DNA of 64,000 nucleotides from positions 4,000,001-4,064,000 of the forward strand of contig OY970067.1 in the NCBI GenBank assembly GCA_963705305.1, given 5' to 3'. This document shows positions 9,454-19,848 of this stretch, piece by piece (position 1 is the stretch's first letter; the number at the start of each line of letters is the position of its first letter). The position numbers and the translations under genes were made by a program. Source of the stretch: an uncultured Methylomirabilota bacterium (GTDB lineage Bacteria; Methylomirabilota; Methylomirabilia; Methylomirabilales; 2-02-FULL-66-22). The notes beneath the pieces are model-generated. The model did no database searches. It was not told the DNA's origin and saw only the letters and a program-made list of their open reading frames with translations.

Positions 9454-10775
9454 CACTGCTGTCCCAATGTTGAGTTGCCCATCGAACGGAACCTATTGAT
9501 GATGTTGGCGTTTCTGCCCCTGGAAAGATTTATCGATTTGGACGGCCGGCTTGGGATGGGGCATACTCTCGCCCTCTCGCGAGAGGAGACCCATGAACAG
9601 CGGCCGGACACTCTTTGCACAACTGGTGGACTGCGTCTCACCGTACGAGTTCCGCAAGTGCGTGGATCGCTATCAGGGGCACTACAAAGTCCAGAGGTTC
9701 ACCTGCTGGGACCAGTTTCTCTGCATGGCATTTGCCCAACTCACGTACCGAGAGAGCTTGCGGGACATCCAGGCCTGCCTCCGGGTCGCCCCGCCCAAGC
9801 TCTACCATATCGGCTTCCGGGGGACAGTGGCCCGCAACACGCTCGCCCATGCGAACGAGGTGCGCGACTGGCGGATCTATGCCGACTTCGCGCAGAGGGT
9901 GATCACGACGGCCCGTACGCTCTACCCGGCCGAAGACTTCGGCGTCGCGCTGGAGCAGGCCGCGTACGCGCTCGACGCCACGGTCATCGACCTGTGTCTG
10001 GCCCTGTTCCCCTGGGCCAAGTTCCGCAAACACAAAGCCGCGGTGGAGCTGCCTGCGCGGCTGGACCTGCGGGGCAACATCCCCAGCGTGCTGTTCATCA
10101 CCCCGGGCCGCGTGCACGATGTGAACATCCTCGATCAGCTGACCATCGAGGCCGGCGCCTTCTATATCCTCGATCGCGGTTACCTCGACTTCGCGCAGCT
10201 CTACCGGCTGCATCGGGCCGTCGGCTTCTTCGTGACGCGTGCGAAGCGGAATTTCCGCTTCCGGTACCTCGAGTCGCGGGCAGTCGATCGGACCACGGGT
10301 GTCCGTTCGGATCAGATCATCCGACTCTACGGTTTCTACAGCAAGCGGAGCTACCCCGAGCGCTTGCGCCGCGTCCGCTACTACGAGGCCGACAAGCGGA
10401 AATGGCTCGTGTTTCTCACCAACAACTTCCCGCTCCCGGCGGTGCGGATCGCGCAGCTCTACAAGTGCCGGTGGCAAGTCGAACTGTTCTTCAAGTGGAT
10501 CAAGCAGCATCTGCGGAACAAGGCCTTCTACGGCACCTCCGAGAACGCGGTGAAGACCTAGATCTGGATCGCCATCGCCGTGTATGTCCTGGTTGCCATC
10601 GTCAGGAAGCGCCTCAACCTGGAGGCCAGTCTGTACACGATTCTCCAGATCCTCAGCGTCTCGCTATTCGAGAAAATCCCATTGATAGAGGCACTTGCGC
10701 CACCACAGGCTGCTTTGCTGGAGGCTGGTCCCAGTAACCAGCTAAATCTGTTCGACTAACGTTGGGACAGCAGTG
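9454..10775 (+). mobile_element. IS4-family insertion sequence
   Basis: Terminal IRs CACTGCTGTCCCAATGTT (9454) / AACGTTGGGACAGCAGTG (ends 10775); no target duplication seen. Confidence 0.9.
9593..10759 (+). pseudogene. IS4-family transposase with premature TAG at 10559
   Basis: ALDATVI, VHD, DRGY, Y..RWQVELFFKWIKQ. TAG replaces Q of ENAVKTQIW and the frame continues to TAA 10757-10759. Confidence 0.9.
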
Positions 10776-10860
10776 AATGGATTTATATGTTCTGGTTTCC
10801 GCTTGCGTGCCCCCGCAACCACTAAACCGAATACCTGCGCCCGGCGCAGGAGGCCTTGTG

Positions 10861-10886
10861 GGCTCGGCTGCACTAGCAGCCGAGCC
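10861..10886. terminator. 11-bp GC hairpin, probable terminator
   Basis: GGCTCGGCTGC-ACTA-GCAGCCGAGCC. Confidence 0.45.
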
Positions 10887-10985
10887 TATTTGCTGAAGCC
10901 CAGGCTCGGGTATTTCCGGTACGTCTCTGCCATCGGCAGCCCGTGCCGCTTCATGTGGTGCGGGGTGATCTTCCCCTGGGCTTCC

Positions 10986-12240
10986 CCTGTCGTCCGCAAA
11001 GACTCCATCCACTGTTAATTTCGTGCTGATAGACTCTCCCGTCGGGCGTCAGAAACTCGAGCTTTGGTTTGATCTCCAGCCTGAAGCGGGGGAGTACGCG
11101 ACTTCATGCGACAAATCGAGTCGTTCCTTCATCTTGGTCGGATGGTTACCGGGATCTGGGTCGATCTAGTGAGGTTCCTGGCCGCCAGCCTCCGGTCCTA
11201 GACGGCGCTCTTGGCCGAAAACCTCTTCCTCCGGAAGCAGTTGACACTGTATCGCGAGCGGCGGGTGAAACCTCGACGACCGTCGGATACGATTCGGCTC
11301 GGGCTGGTGCTACTCGCACGGTGTTGCAACTGGCGCGAGGCCCTCACGATTGTGCAGCCGGCGACGCTCCTCCGGTGGCACTGCGAGGCCTTCCGACTCT
11401 TCTGGCGGTGGCGGTCTCGACCCGGACGGCCCCGGCTCCCGGCGAATCTCCAGCACCTGATCGCGGCGATGGCTCGAGACAATCCGAGCTGGGGTGAGGA
11501 GCGGATCGCCGCGGAGTTGCTCCTGAAGCTCGGCCTCCGCGTCTCCCCACGCACCGTCCGCCGGTACATGGTCCGCAGAATCGGCGGGGGAGGAAGGGGG
11601 GGCGCCAATCAGCGGTGGGCCACCTTCGTCCGCAATCACTCCCGGGCTATCGTTGCGTGCGACTTCTGCGTGGCGGTGACCGCCACGTTCCGCGTCCTGT
11701 ACAGCTTCGCGGCTCTCGAGGTGGGGAGCCGACGATTGCTCCACGTCAACGTCACCAGTCACCCGACGGCGACGTGGACCCTGCAGCAGTTCCGAGAGAT
11801 CCGCGCGGAACCGCACGCCTATCGCTTTGTCCTTCATGATCGCGACAGCATCTATACGCCCTGGCTGGATGCGGCCCTCACCGCGATGGGCGTCCGTGTC
11901 CTCCGAACACCGATCCAATCGCCGATGGCGAACGCGTACTGTGAACGACTGCTCGGAAGTCTACGCCGCGACTGTCTCGATTACCTGATCCCCTTCGGCG
12001 AGGAGCATTTGCGCCGGGTCCTTTGCTTTTGGAAAATGCACTACAATCGGGGCCGCCCTCACACGAGCCTGGATCCGGGGCTCCCCGAGCCCGATGCTGA
12101 CTTGCCGGCAGCCCCAATCAGTGGTCATCGTCTCCCGAGTGGCGTTCGGGTCGTGGCGCCATCAATCCTGGATGGCTTGCATCACGAATACGAATTGGAA
12201 TTGGCGGCCTGAGCCAGCTCTATTTATTGCGCACCACAGG
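10986..12240 (+). mobile_element. IS-like element with an integrase-core (rve) transposase
   Basis: Imperfect IRs CCTGTCGTCCGCAA / TTGCGCACCACAGG around a single rve ORF. Confidence 0.7.
11142..12212 (+). pseudogene. Integrase-core transposase (IS3/IS481-related), in-frame TAG at 11199
   Basis: ENLFLRKQL, WG..RI..EL.KLG, ACDF, HDRDSIY, ANAYCER, YN..RPH, L.GLHHEY. Confidence 0.8.
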
Positions 12241-12338
12241 ACTCCCGCGCCGTGCAGCTTACGCGGCACCTCCAGTTGCTGCGGTCCCTCCCCTCGTAAG
12301 TGGTGGGAATAGGACTATACCCCTAGAAAATATTATAC

Positions 12339-12368
12339 TTGACAATGTATCTGCCTTTCGAGTATACG
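12339..12368 (+). promoter_or_regulatory. Sigma-70-type promoter of gntR
   Basis: TTGACA-N18-TATACG in an AT-rich tract that contains GTATAC motifs. Confidence 0.5.
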
Positions 12369-12497
12369 ATCGTCCCATCGAATACTGTATCCGTTTTTAT
12401 GAAAATGTGTATTTTATATGTTTCATGTTTGTATACTCTTATCAAAGTTGTGGTATGCGCCTTCTGATTGTGCACGCAGGCAATGAAGGAGGCGTTT

Positions 12498-13256
12498 ATG
12501 CCAACAAAGGGTAGTAGTCCCTCGGGCCAGCCGCTGACCTCGGTCGAACGGGTCTACGAGTTTGTCAGACAGGCCATTAAAGACTTTACAATTAAGCCCG
12601 GGGAAAGCATCGTTGACAGCGAAATCGCAAAGCAAATCGGGATCAGCCGGACACCCGTCCGAGAAGCGTTGCGGCAACTTGAGCTGGAAGGGCTGGTCGT
12701 TCATACGCCTCGCCGGGGCTGGACCGTCCGAGTGCTTCAGCTTCAAGACGTGGAGAATATTTTCGAGATCAAAGAATGCCTGGAAGGCATGCTTGTCCGG
12801 CAGGCGACCAGAAAGCTGAACCCCCAAGACAGGGTCGACTTGAAGAGGACGTTTCGCGCTATGGAGGAAGCGGCCAACGCGAGGGATCAACACGCCTGGC
12901 TCGCCGCTGATGCCCGCGTGGAAAAGGCGTTCTATGCAGCCGCCCGAAATCCCCGTGCCCAGCAGATCCTGTCGTCGGTGAATGCCCAGTGGCATTGGGT
13001 GTGGCGCGGAATCATTGCGCTCGGAGATCGGATGGAGCAGTCGACCTGCGAGCATGGAGCCATTTTGGACCGCGCGCTTGTGGGAGACGCGGATGGTGCC
13101 GCGGCACTCACTTTAGAGCATTTGGCGAGCATCAAGCGGTTGCTCCTAACCGTGCTGACCAATTTCGTGTTCCCATTAACCGAGACCGTCGGAGGGGCTG
13201 TGGTGGTTCCCGCCGCACGGAAGGGCAAGGCAAAGGCTAGTGCACTTGCCCCTTAA
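12498..13256 (+). CDS. GntR (FadR/FCD) family regulator
   Basis: AAGGAGG RBS; IGISRTPVREAL..LE.EGLV; C-terminal EH..I...L..GD. Confidence 0.92.
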   Translation: MPTKGSSPSGQPLTSVERVYEFVRQAIKDFTIKPGESIVDSEIAKQIGISRTPVREALRQLELEGLVVHTPRRGWTVRVLQLQDVENIFEIKECLEGMLVRQATRKLNPQDRVDLKRTFRAMEEAANARDQHAWLAADARVEKAFYAAARNPRAQQILSSVNAQWHWVWRGIIALGDRMEQSTCEHGAILDRALVGDADGAAALTLEHLASIKRLLLTVLTNFVFPLTETVGGAVVVPAARKGKAKASALAP

Positions 13257-13767
13257 CTGAGGTGGCAACCCGGGCAAGGATAGTAGTTCCGCAATCAAGG
13301 TTTCGCCGCAAGTCGAGATAGTCCGATAGCACCATGGCCCATCGCAGGTTCCGTGCACGAACGATTCGTCGTGAAACGGGGGCACTGATGATGGTGTGTG
13401 GTCTGTTCGAGGGGGGACTTCGGCTCTCACGGAGGGCCGAGATCGGACCGTCCAGTCGCGCGGACGGGTGTCGAGAAATGCAGCAGCCCGGGCGTGCGGC
13501 ACGGAATCTTCTCGCACCGTATGCTCGCTTCTCGGAGCCGAGTTGCCGCGCGGTCGCCTTTGGCCGCTCTCTGCACCAAACCAGTTGTCGGGCTCCTTCG
13601 CATCTCTCTCCATCCAGATCCGGCCGTGTGCACTGGTTCGGCCGTAGCTGCCTGCGACGCCTCCACGGGTGCGCTGTGTGTGTTCTCGTCCCTGCGCCAG
13701 GAAACGAGTCCGGAACGGGCGGCCCCGTGCCCGATCATGCGCGATCCAGGCCAAGCAGGTTGGAGTG

Positions 13768-14736
13768 ATGGGCATTCTGCGGTTCATCGCCCGTCGGCTT
13801 ATCTTCATGATCGTGCTCGTGATCGGGGTAAGCATCCTGATCTTCTTCATGATCAATGCCATCGGCAACCCGATCGAGATTCTGATGGCGGAACGCCCCG
13901 GTATCTCGCCCGCCGCGATTGAATCCGTGAAGCACTACTACCACATGGATCGCCCGCTGACCGAGCAGTACTTGGCCTGGCTGGGCAACGTGGTGCGGCT
14001 GGACTTCGGGACCAGCATCGTGTACAGCCAGCCGGTCGGTGAGATGCTCAGAACGTGGGGCTGGGAGACAATCAAAATCCAGGTCCCCGCCATCCTGCTC
14101 TCGCTAATTCTGGGCATCGCCATCGGAGTGCCGGCGGCCACCCGCCAGTACACAAAGACCGACTTCGGGATCATGACAGCGGCGCTACTCGGGAGATCCA
14201 TCCCCGGCTTCTTTCTGGGGATTATTCTCATTCTGGTGTTTTCGTATTGGCTCGGCATCTTCCCGAGCTATGGAGCCTATTCCACGCGCGGACTGTTCCT
14301 GAACAGCGCACCGCTTGATGCGCTCTGGCATATGGTGCTGCCGGTAGCGATGCTAGCGTATTTCGAGACCGCCACATTGACTCTCCTCATCCGCTCGAAC
14401 ATGGTCAACGTCCTGCGGCAGGATTTCATCATGGCCGCCCGCGCGAGCGGCCTCAAACCCTCCCGCGTCGTCTATCGACATGCGTTGAAGAATGCCTTCA
14501 TTCCCGCCCTCACCTATGTCGCCATCCTTTTCGGCCTAATGCTGGGAGCCGCGCCCGTCACTGAGACCGTGTTCACCTGGCCCGGACTCGGTTATCTGTA
14601 CATCACGGCTATCGTGCAGCTCGACTTTCCCGTAATCATGAGCATGAACCTCGTGATCACGCTGATGCTTGTCACAGCGAACTTGTTGACGGACATTGCC
14701 TATGTCTTCATTGATCCCCGCATTCGTCTGGAATAA
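13768..14736 (+). CDS. Peptide/nickel ABC permease (DppB-like)
   Basis: YL.WL..V.RLDFG.S, QDFIMAARASG, HALKNA, ETVFTWPGLG. Confidence 0.93.
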   Translation: MGILRFIARRLIFMIVLVIGVSILIFFMINAIGNPIEILMAERPGISPAAIESVKHYYHMDRPLTEQYLAWLGNVVRLDFGTSIVYSQPVGEMLRTWGWETIKIQVPAILLSLILGIAIGVPAATRQYTKTDFGIMTAALLGRSIPGFFLGIILILVFSYWLGIFPSYGAYSTRGLFLNSAPLDALWHMVLPVAMLAYFETATLTLLIRSNMVNVLRQDFIMAARASGLKPSRVVYRHALKNAFIPALTYVAILFGLMLGAAPVTETVFTWPGLGYLYITAIVQLDFPVIMSMNLVITLMLVTANLLTDIAYVFIDPRIRLE

Positions 14737-14747
14737 GCGAGGCCGAA

Positions 14748-15686
14748 ATGGCTAGAACGACCTCGAACCACCCAGATGCGTTGGAGCAAGATCTGCACAG
14801 GCGTGGCATGTGGTGGCAGAGCTGGCAGCGGTTCCGCCGCAACAGGGTAGGCGTGCTCGGGCTGAGCATGGTCGCGCTTGTCGTCCTCGTCGCGATCCTT
14901 TGCCCCCTGCTTGCTCCGCACGATCCGTATGATCAGTCAGCCATGCTCCAGTTTCAGGCGAAGGCGCCCCCGAGCTGGAGCCACCCGCTGGGCACGGACC
15001 GGATGGGGTACGATGTCGCCTCGCGGATAATCTACGGTGCACCGACGGCCCTGATTGTCGGCTTGGGCGCGATGCTGGTCGCGACAACGATCGGGATCAC
15101 TCTCGGGGGGATCAGTGGGTACGTCGGTGGGATGGCGGACGAACTGCTGATGCGGGTGACAGAGTTCTTTCTCGTTATCCCGATATTCATCGTGGTGCTC
15201 GTCATGGTCCGTATCTTCGGGATCTTGGTGGTCGGGACGGCAATGGAAAAGATCCCGTACCTGAACCTCTCGACCATCATCCTTGTCCTCGGGATTTTCG
15301 GGTGGCCGCCGCTGGCCCGGATGTCCCGGGCAGAGTTTCTCCGCCTCAGAGAAGCGGAATTTGTCGAGGCGGCGCGCTGCATCGGGGTCGAGCGGAGGAG
15401 CATCATCTTCCGGCACATCCTGCCGAATGCGTTCCCGTCGCTCATCGTGCTCATCGCGTTGGGCGTCGGCGGGGCGATCCTGATGGAGGCGATGGTCAGC
15501 TTCCTCGGCTTCGGCGACCCGAAGGCCATCAGCTGGGGGCAAGAGCTGTATTTCAACTACGAATTCCTAAAGATTTCCCCCTGGGCCTCGATTGCGGCGG
15601 GGACGGCTATCTTCGTGACCGTCTTGGGGTTCAACCTGCTCGCCGATGGCCTCACCGACGCCCTCAATCCACGGCTCAAGGAATAG
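14748..15686 (+). CDS. Peptide/nickel ABC permease (DppC-like)
   Basis: HPLGTD..G.D..SRIIYGA, EFVEAAR.IG, RHILPN, SFLGFG. Confidence 0.93.
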   Translation: MARTTSNHPDALEQDLHRRGMWWQSWQRFRRNRVGVLGLSMVALVVLVAILCPLLAPHDPYDQSAMLQFQAKAPPSWSHPLGTDRMGYDVASRIIYGAPTALIVGLGAMLVATTIGITLGGISGYVGGMADELLMRVTEFFLVIPIFIVVLVMVRIFGILVVGTAMEKIPYLNLSTIILVLGIFGWPPLARMSRAEFLRLREAEFVEAARCIGVERRSIIFRHILPNAFPSLIVLIALGVGGAILMEAMVSFLGFGDPKAISWGQELYFNYEFLKISPWASIAAGTAIFVTVLGFNLLADGLTDALNPRLKE

Positions 15687-15690
15687 TCCG

Positions 15691-16707
15691 ATGAGCTCGG
15701 CGACGCCGAACGGGCAACTGCTGGAGGTGAGAGATCTCCGGGTGCATTTCTTCACCGGGTCCGGTGTCGTCAAGGCGGTGGATGGCGTGAGCTACGGTCT
15801 GCTACCGGGCCAGACGCTCGGCCTGGTCGGAGAGTCGGGGAGCGGCAAGACGATCTCCAGTCTCGCCCTCCTGCGCCTAATTCCGCGACCCGGGAGGATC
15901 ATCTCCGGCGAAATATATTTCCGACATGAAGATCTGATGGCCAAGGGCGATAAGGAGATGAACGCGATCCGGGGGAAGCGGATCGCCATGATCTTCCAGA
16001 ACCCGGCGTACTCCTTGAATCCCATTTACAGCATCGGCGCGCAGCTCGGCGAGATTCTCGTGTGGCACGAGAAAGTGGACCAGCGAGCCGCCGAGGAGCG
16101 TGTGGTCGAGCTGCTCCGACTGGTCGGCATCGCCGATCCGGGCAGTCGGCTGCAGCAATTTCCGCACGAACTGAGCGGCGGCATGAAGCAGCGCGTCTGC
16201 ATCGCCCGCGCGTTGCTCTGCAATCCTGCGCTCGTCCTGGCGGACGAACCCACAACCAATCTGGATGTCACGATCCAGGCCCAAATCCTGGATCTCTTGA
16301 TCGAGCTGAAGAACCGGTTTCACATGGCCATGATCCTGGTCACGCACGACATGGGGGTAGTCGCCCGGATGGCGGACCGGATCGCGGTCATGTACGCAGG
16401 GCGCCTCTGTGAAGAGGCGGACGCATCGGTCATCTTTCGGGATCCCCGGCACCCGTACACGCAGGCCCTGATTGCGACCATGCCGCGAGTGGACCGCCGC
16501 TACTCGCGCGAAGGCGGGAGCCGGCTCGTCGTGATCCCGGGACGCATTCCCAGTCTCGTCCACCCGCCATCGGGCTGCCGGTTTCATCCCCGGTGTCCGG
16601 CGGCCATGCCGGAGTGCAGCGTCAGAATGCCCGAGCCCGCTGAGGTGTCGAGCGGCCACCGCGTGAGCTGCCTTGCCCACGGCCCCGGCGATCACCCGGG
16701 GGGATGA
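15691..16707 (+). CDS. Peptide ABC ATP-binding protein (DppD-like)
   Basis: GESGSGKT, LSGGMKQR, ADEPT, GCRFHPRC. Confidence 0.94.
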   Translation: MSSATPNGQLLEVRDLRVHFFTGSGVVKAVDGVSYGLLPGQTLGLVGESGSGKTISSLALLRLIPRPGRIISGEIYFRHEDLMAKGDKEMNAIRGKRIAMIFQNPAYSLNPIYSIGAQLGEILVWHEKVDQRAAEERVVELLRLVGIADPGSRLQQFPHELSGGMKQRVCIARALLCNPALVLADEPTTNLDVTIQAQILDLLIELKNRFHMAMILVTHDMGVVARMADRIAVMYAGRLCEEADASVIFRDPRHPYTQALIATMPRVDRRYSREGGSRLVVIPGRIPSLVHPPSGCRFHPRCPAAMPECSVRMPEPAEVSSGHRVSCLAHGPGDHPGG

Positions 16708-16973
16708 GGCTGCCGATGCACAGCCATAGAGGCAGGGGCGTCGGGCCGAGAGGCGCAATGGGTGATGTGCGGAACAGGGGTGCGTGGCTCACGGGAGGCG
16801 CGTGCGGAAACCGCCGGGGCATCGCTCCGTCGTTAACCGCGCGAGGCGGGTGGGAATGGCGGAGGGCGCTCGGTGCACCGGCATTCTGCCGGCCGGACGC
16901 GGCAGGGGGCCCGCACGGCGCAGCAGTGTCTTGGCGCACTGGGCGGGCTCGATAGATGGATGCCAGCGGGACC

Positions 16974-17960
16974 ATGGTACAACCACTCGTTCGGGTTGAG
17001 CAGCTGGTCAAGCTGTACCCGGTGCTGCGGCGGGGAGTCTTTCGGACGAAGGAAGTCGGGGCGATCCGGGCCATCGACACCGTTTCGTTCGACGTCCACC
17101 GAGGCGAAACCCTTGCGCTGGTGGGCGAGAGCGGATGCGGGAAGACGACGACCGCCCGGAGCATGCTGTACCTCACACCCCCGACCTCGGGGCGGGCTCT
17201 CTTCAACGGAACGGATATTCTCGAAATCTTCCGGCGTGGGGCCCGGGCTGAGGTTCTGAAGATCCGCCGGCAACTCCAGTACGTCTTCCAGGATCCCTAT
17301 CTGTCGCTGAACCCGCGGTGGAGCATTGCGGAAACCGTCATGGAGCCCATGCGGGTCCACCAACACCTGCCGAAGACGGCCTGGGAAGCCCGACTGATGG
17401 AGCTCCTCGAACTGGTCGGGCTCGAACGGTACCATGCCTGGCGCTACCCGCACGAATTCAGCGGCGGCCAGCGCCAGCGGGTCGGGATCGCGCGTGCGCT
17501 GGCGGTGGAGCCGCAATTCTTGATATGCGACGAGCCGGTTTCGTCCTTGGATGTGTCGGTGCGTGCGCAGATTTTGAATCTCCTGTTGGACCTCCAGGAG
17601 CGCCTCGGCCTGACGTACCTGTACATTTCCCACGATCTCAGCTCGGTCCGGTTTATCAGCAATCGGGTAGCCGTGATGTACTTGGGCAAGATCGTCGAGA
17701 TCGCGGAGGTGAACGAGTTGTTCATCCATCCGGCGCACCACTATACGCATGCGTTGCTGGCCGCTATTCCGGTCCCCGATCCTACTGCGGCGGTCCAGGC
17801 AGCGGTGTTGAAAGGCGAAGTTCCTAGCGCGATCAATCCGCCGACTGGTTGTCGCTTCCACCCCCGCTGTATTGGGGCGCTGCCGCGATGCAGTCAGGCG
17901 GAGCCGTCATTGGAGCAGACTGGGGACGGGCATCTTGTGGCGTGCCACAACCCGCGCTAG
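16974..17960 (+). CDS. Peptide ABC ATP-binding protein (DppF-like)
   Basis: GESGCGKT, FSGGQRQR, CDEPVS.LD, GCRFHPRC; alternative start at 16956. Confidence 0.94.
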   Translation: MVQPLVRVEQLVKLYPVLRRGVFRTKEVGAIRAIDTVSFDVHRGETLALVGESGCGKTTTARSMLYLTPPTSGRALFNGTDILEIFRRGARAEVLKIRRQLQYVFQDPYLSLNPRWSIAETVMEPMRVHQHLPKTAWEARLMELLELVGLERYHAWRYPHEFSGGQRQRVGIARALAVEPQFLICDEPVSSLDVSVRAQILNLLLDLQERLGLTYLYISHDLSSVRFISNRVAVMYLGKIVEIAEVNELFIHPAHHYTHALLAAIPVPDPTAAVQAAVLKGEVPSAINPPTGCRFHPRCIGALPRCSQAEPSLEQTGDGHLVACHNPR

Positions 17961-18009
17961 CGATGCCAGCGCTGTGATCGCGGTTGCAGGCAAGGGGGAA
18001 CACGAGCGC

Positions 18010-18321
18010 ATGGACAATCGACGTGTAGAGAAGGGAGTCGTCCGGGGTCGGCAGTTCGAGATCGAGGTGGACGGGCGGAAAATCCTCGCGCACGAGGGCG
18101 AGACCATCGGGGCGGTGCTGACCGCCGTCGGCGTGCGCGCATTCCGGAAGACGGCCAAGCGCCACCACCCGCGCGGCATGTACTGCGGGATCGGCCTCTG
18201 TTACGAGTGCACCATGGTAATCAACGGCGTACCCAACACGCGTGCCTGCCAAACGCTGGCCACTCCTGGTTGCCGGGTCGAAACACAGGAAGGTCTCGGG
18301 GAATGGGGAGGCTCGCGATGA
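18010..18321 (+). CDS. 2Fe-2S subunit (HcnA/opine oxidase small subunit-like)
   Basis: GETI..VL, RGMYCGIGLCYEC...RAC. Confidence 0.9.
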   Translation: MDNRRVEKGVVRGRQFEIEVDGRKILAHEGETIGAVLTAVGVRAFRKTAKRHHPRGMYCGIGLCYECTMVINGVPNTRACQTLATPGCRVETQEGLGEWGGSR

Positions 18322-19727
18322 AAGAGATCGAGGTGCTCATCGTCGGGGCCGGTCCGGCAGGCATGGCGGCAGCGATCGAGGCGACCAAAGCGGGTGCGCA
18401 GGTACTCATGTTAGACGACAGCGCCGAGCCCGGCGGGCAGATCTATCGGCAATTTCATGCCGGTTTCCGGGTCACGGATGGCAGCATGCTGGGCCATGAT
18501 TACGAGCGCGGACAAGAGTTCCTCCGAGAGTTCAGCTCTGTCGCCGACCGCGTGCGGTTTCTGGACGAGGCGCTGGTGTGGGGCATCGCGCCAGAGAACG
18601 AGGTCAATTTCATCCGGCAGGGCCAGTCATGCGGCATCCGCTACCGCCAACTCCTGATTGCGGCCGGCGCCTATGATCGGCCCGTACCGTTTCCGGGATG
18701 GACCCTCCCGGGCGTTTTCACGGCGGGTGGCGCGCAGCGGTTGATCAAGAATCAGCGGGTCCTGCCCGGCGAGCGGATCCTGCTGGCAGGCACGGGGCCG
18801 TTGCAGCTAGCCATTGCCAACCAGATCTTGGACGCCGGAGGCAGGGTGGTCGCAATTGCCGAGGCTGGCAATATCGACCGGTGGATGAGCCTGGCTCGCA
18901 GCGCCTGGGGGCAGTGGGCGCTGATCGCCGATGCCTGGCGCTACTGGTCCGGGATTCGCAAGGCAGGCATCCCCCTCTGGCGTGAACACACCATTGTGGA
19001 GGCGCGCGGGGACGGCCACGTTGAAGAGGCCGCACTGGCGCGGGTAGACGCGGAGTGGCGGCCGATTGCCGGCACGGAGCGCCGGGTCGCGGTGGATACG
19101 ATCTGTTTGGGGTACGGCTTTGTTCCGTCGGTGGAGTTGACCCGTCTGGCAGGGTGCGAACACCGCTACGACCCGCTCCTGGGCGGATGGCTCCCGGTCC
19201 GCGGGGATGACATGGAGACGACCACACCCCACGTGTACGCGGCCGGTGATTGTGGCGGTGTGGCCGGTAGCTTCGTGGCGATTGAAGAAGGGCGGATCGC
19301 CGGGATCGCTTTGGCTCGGGATGTGGGCCGACTGTCGACCGAGGAGGCCCGGAGCCGCATGGCGCCGAGCCGCGAGCGATTGGCTGGACTGCTACGGCTC
19401 CGCCAGACGCTGGACGAGATTTCCCGGCCACGCGCCGGCCTATACGAACTGGCCAAAGACGACACGATCATTTGCCGCTGTGAAGAGATTACCTTAGGCG
19501 AGGTCAAGGCGGCATTGGCAGAGGAGATCCGCGACCTCAACGAACTCAAGCGCACAACGCGCGCGGGGATGGGCAACTGCCAGGGTCGAATGTGCGGGCC
19601 GGCCCTGCAGCAGGTCGTGGCGCATGCCAAGGGCATCGCGCCGGCCGAGATTGGCCCGCTTCACCCCCGCCCCCCCATCCGGCCTGTGCCACTGACGGCG
19701 CTCGCCGGCCACACCGAGATGGTGTAG
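18318..19727 (+). CDS. FAD/NAD(P)-binding oxidoreductase with BFD-like C-terminus (HcnB/OoxA-like)
   Basis: GAGPAG, FPGWTLPGV, ICRCE, GMGNCQGRMC, RPP..P. Confidence 0.9.
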   Translation: MKEIEVLIVGAGPAGMAAAIEATKAGAQVLMLDDSAEPGGQIYRQFHAGFRVTDGSMLGHDYERGQEFLREFSSVADRVRFLDEALVWGIAPENEVNFIRQGQSCGIRYRQLLIAAGAYDRPVPFPGWTLPGVFTAGGAQRLIKNQRVLPGERILLAGTGPLQLAIANQILDAGGRVVAIAEAGNIDRWMSLARSAWGQWALIADAWRYWSGIRKAGIPLWREHTIVEARGDGHVEEAALARVDAEWRPIAGTERRVAVDTICLGYGFVPSVELTRLAGCEHRYDPLLGGWLPVRGDDMETTTPHVYAAGDCGGVAGSFVAIEEGRIAGIALARDVGRLSTEEARSRMAPSRERLAGLLRLRQTLDEISRPRAGLYELAKDDTIICRCEEITLGEVKAALAEEIRDLNELKRTTRAGMGNCQGRMCGPALQQVVAHAKGIAPAEIGPLHPRPPIRPVPLTALAGHTEMV

Positions 19728-19848
19728 GTGGAGCGACGGGGGCGCCGATCTGGGCGCGACACTGTTGATTGCTGCTAGCGGGAGTCGGACATGTCGAAGC
19801 GCGGGGGAGCGCCTGACGAGTGGCTCGAAAACGAGGGAGAATGCATCC

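Noticed and set aside
10890..10985. Minus-strand peptide fragment (KITPHHMKRHG...YRKYP) before the hairpin
   Set aside because: Too short and frameshifted to assign
13257..13767. ORFs or RNA in the 510-bp gap between gntR and the first permease
   Set aside because: No protein motif or convincing structure seen
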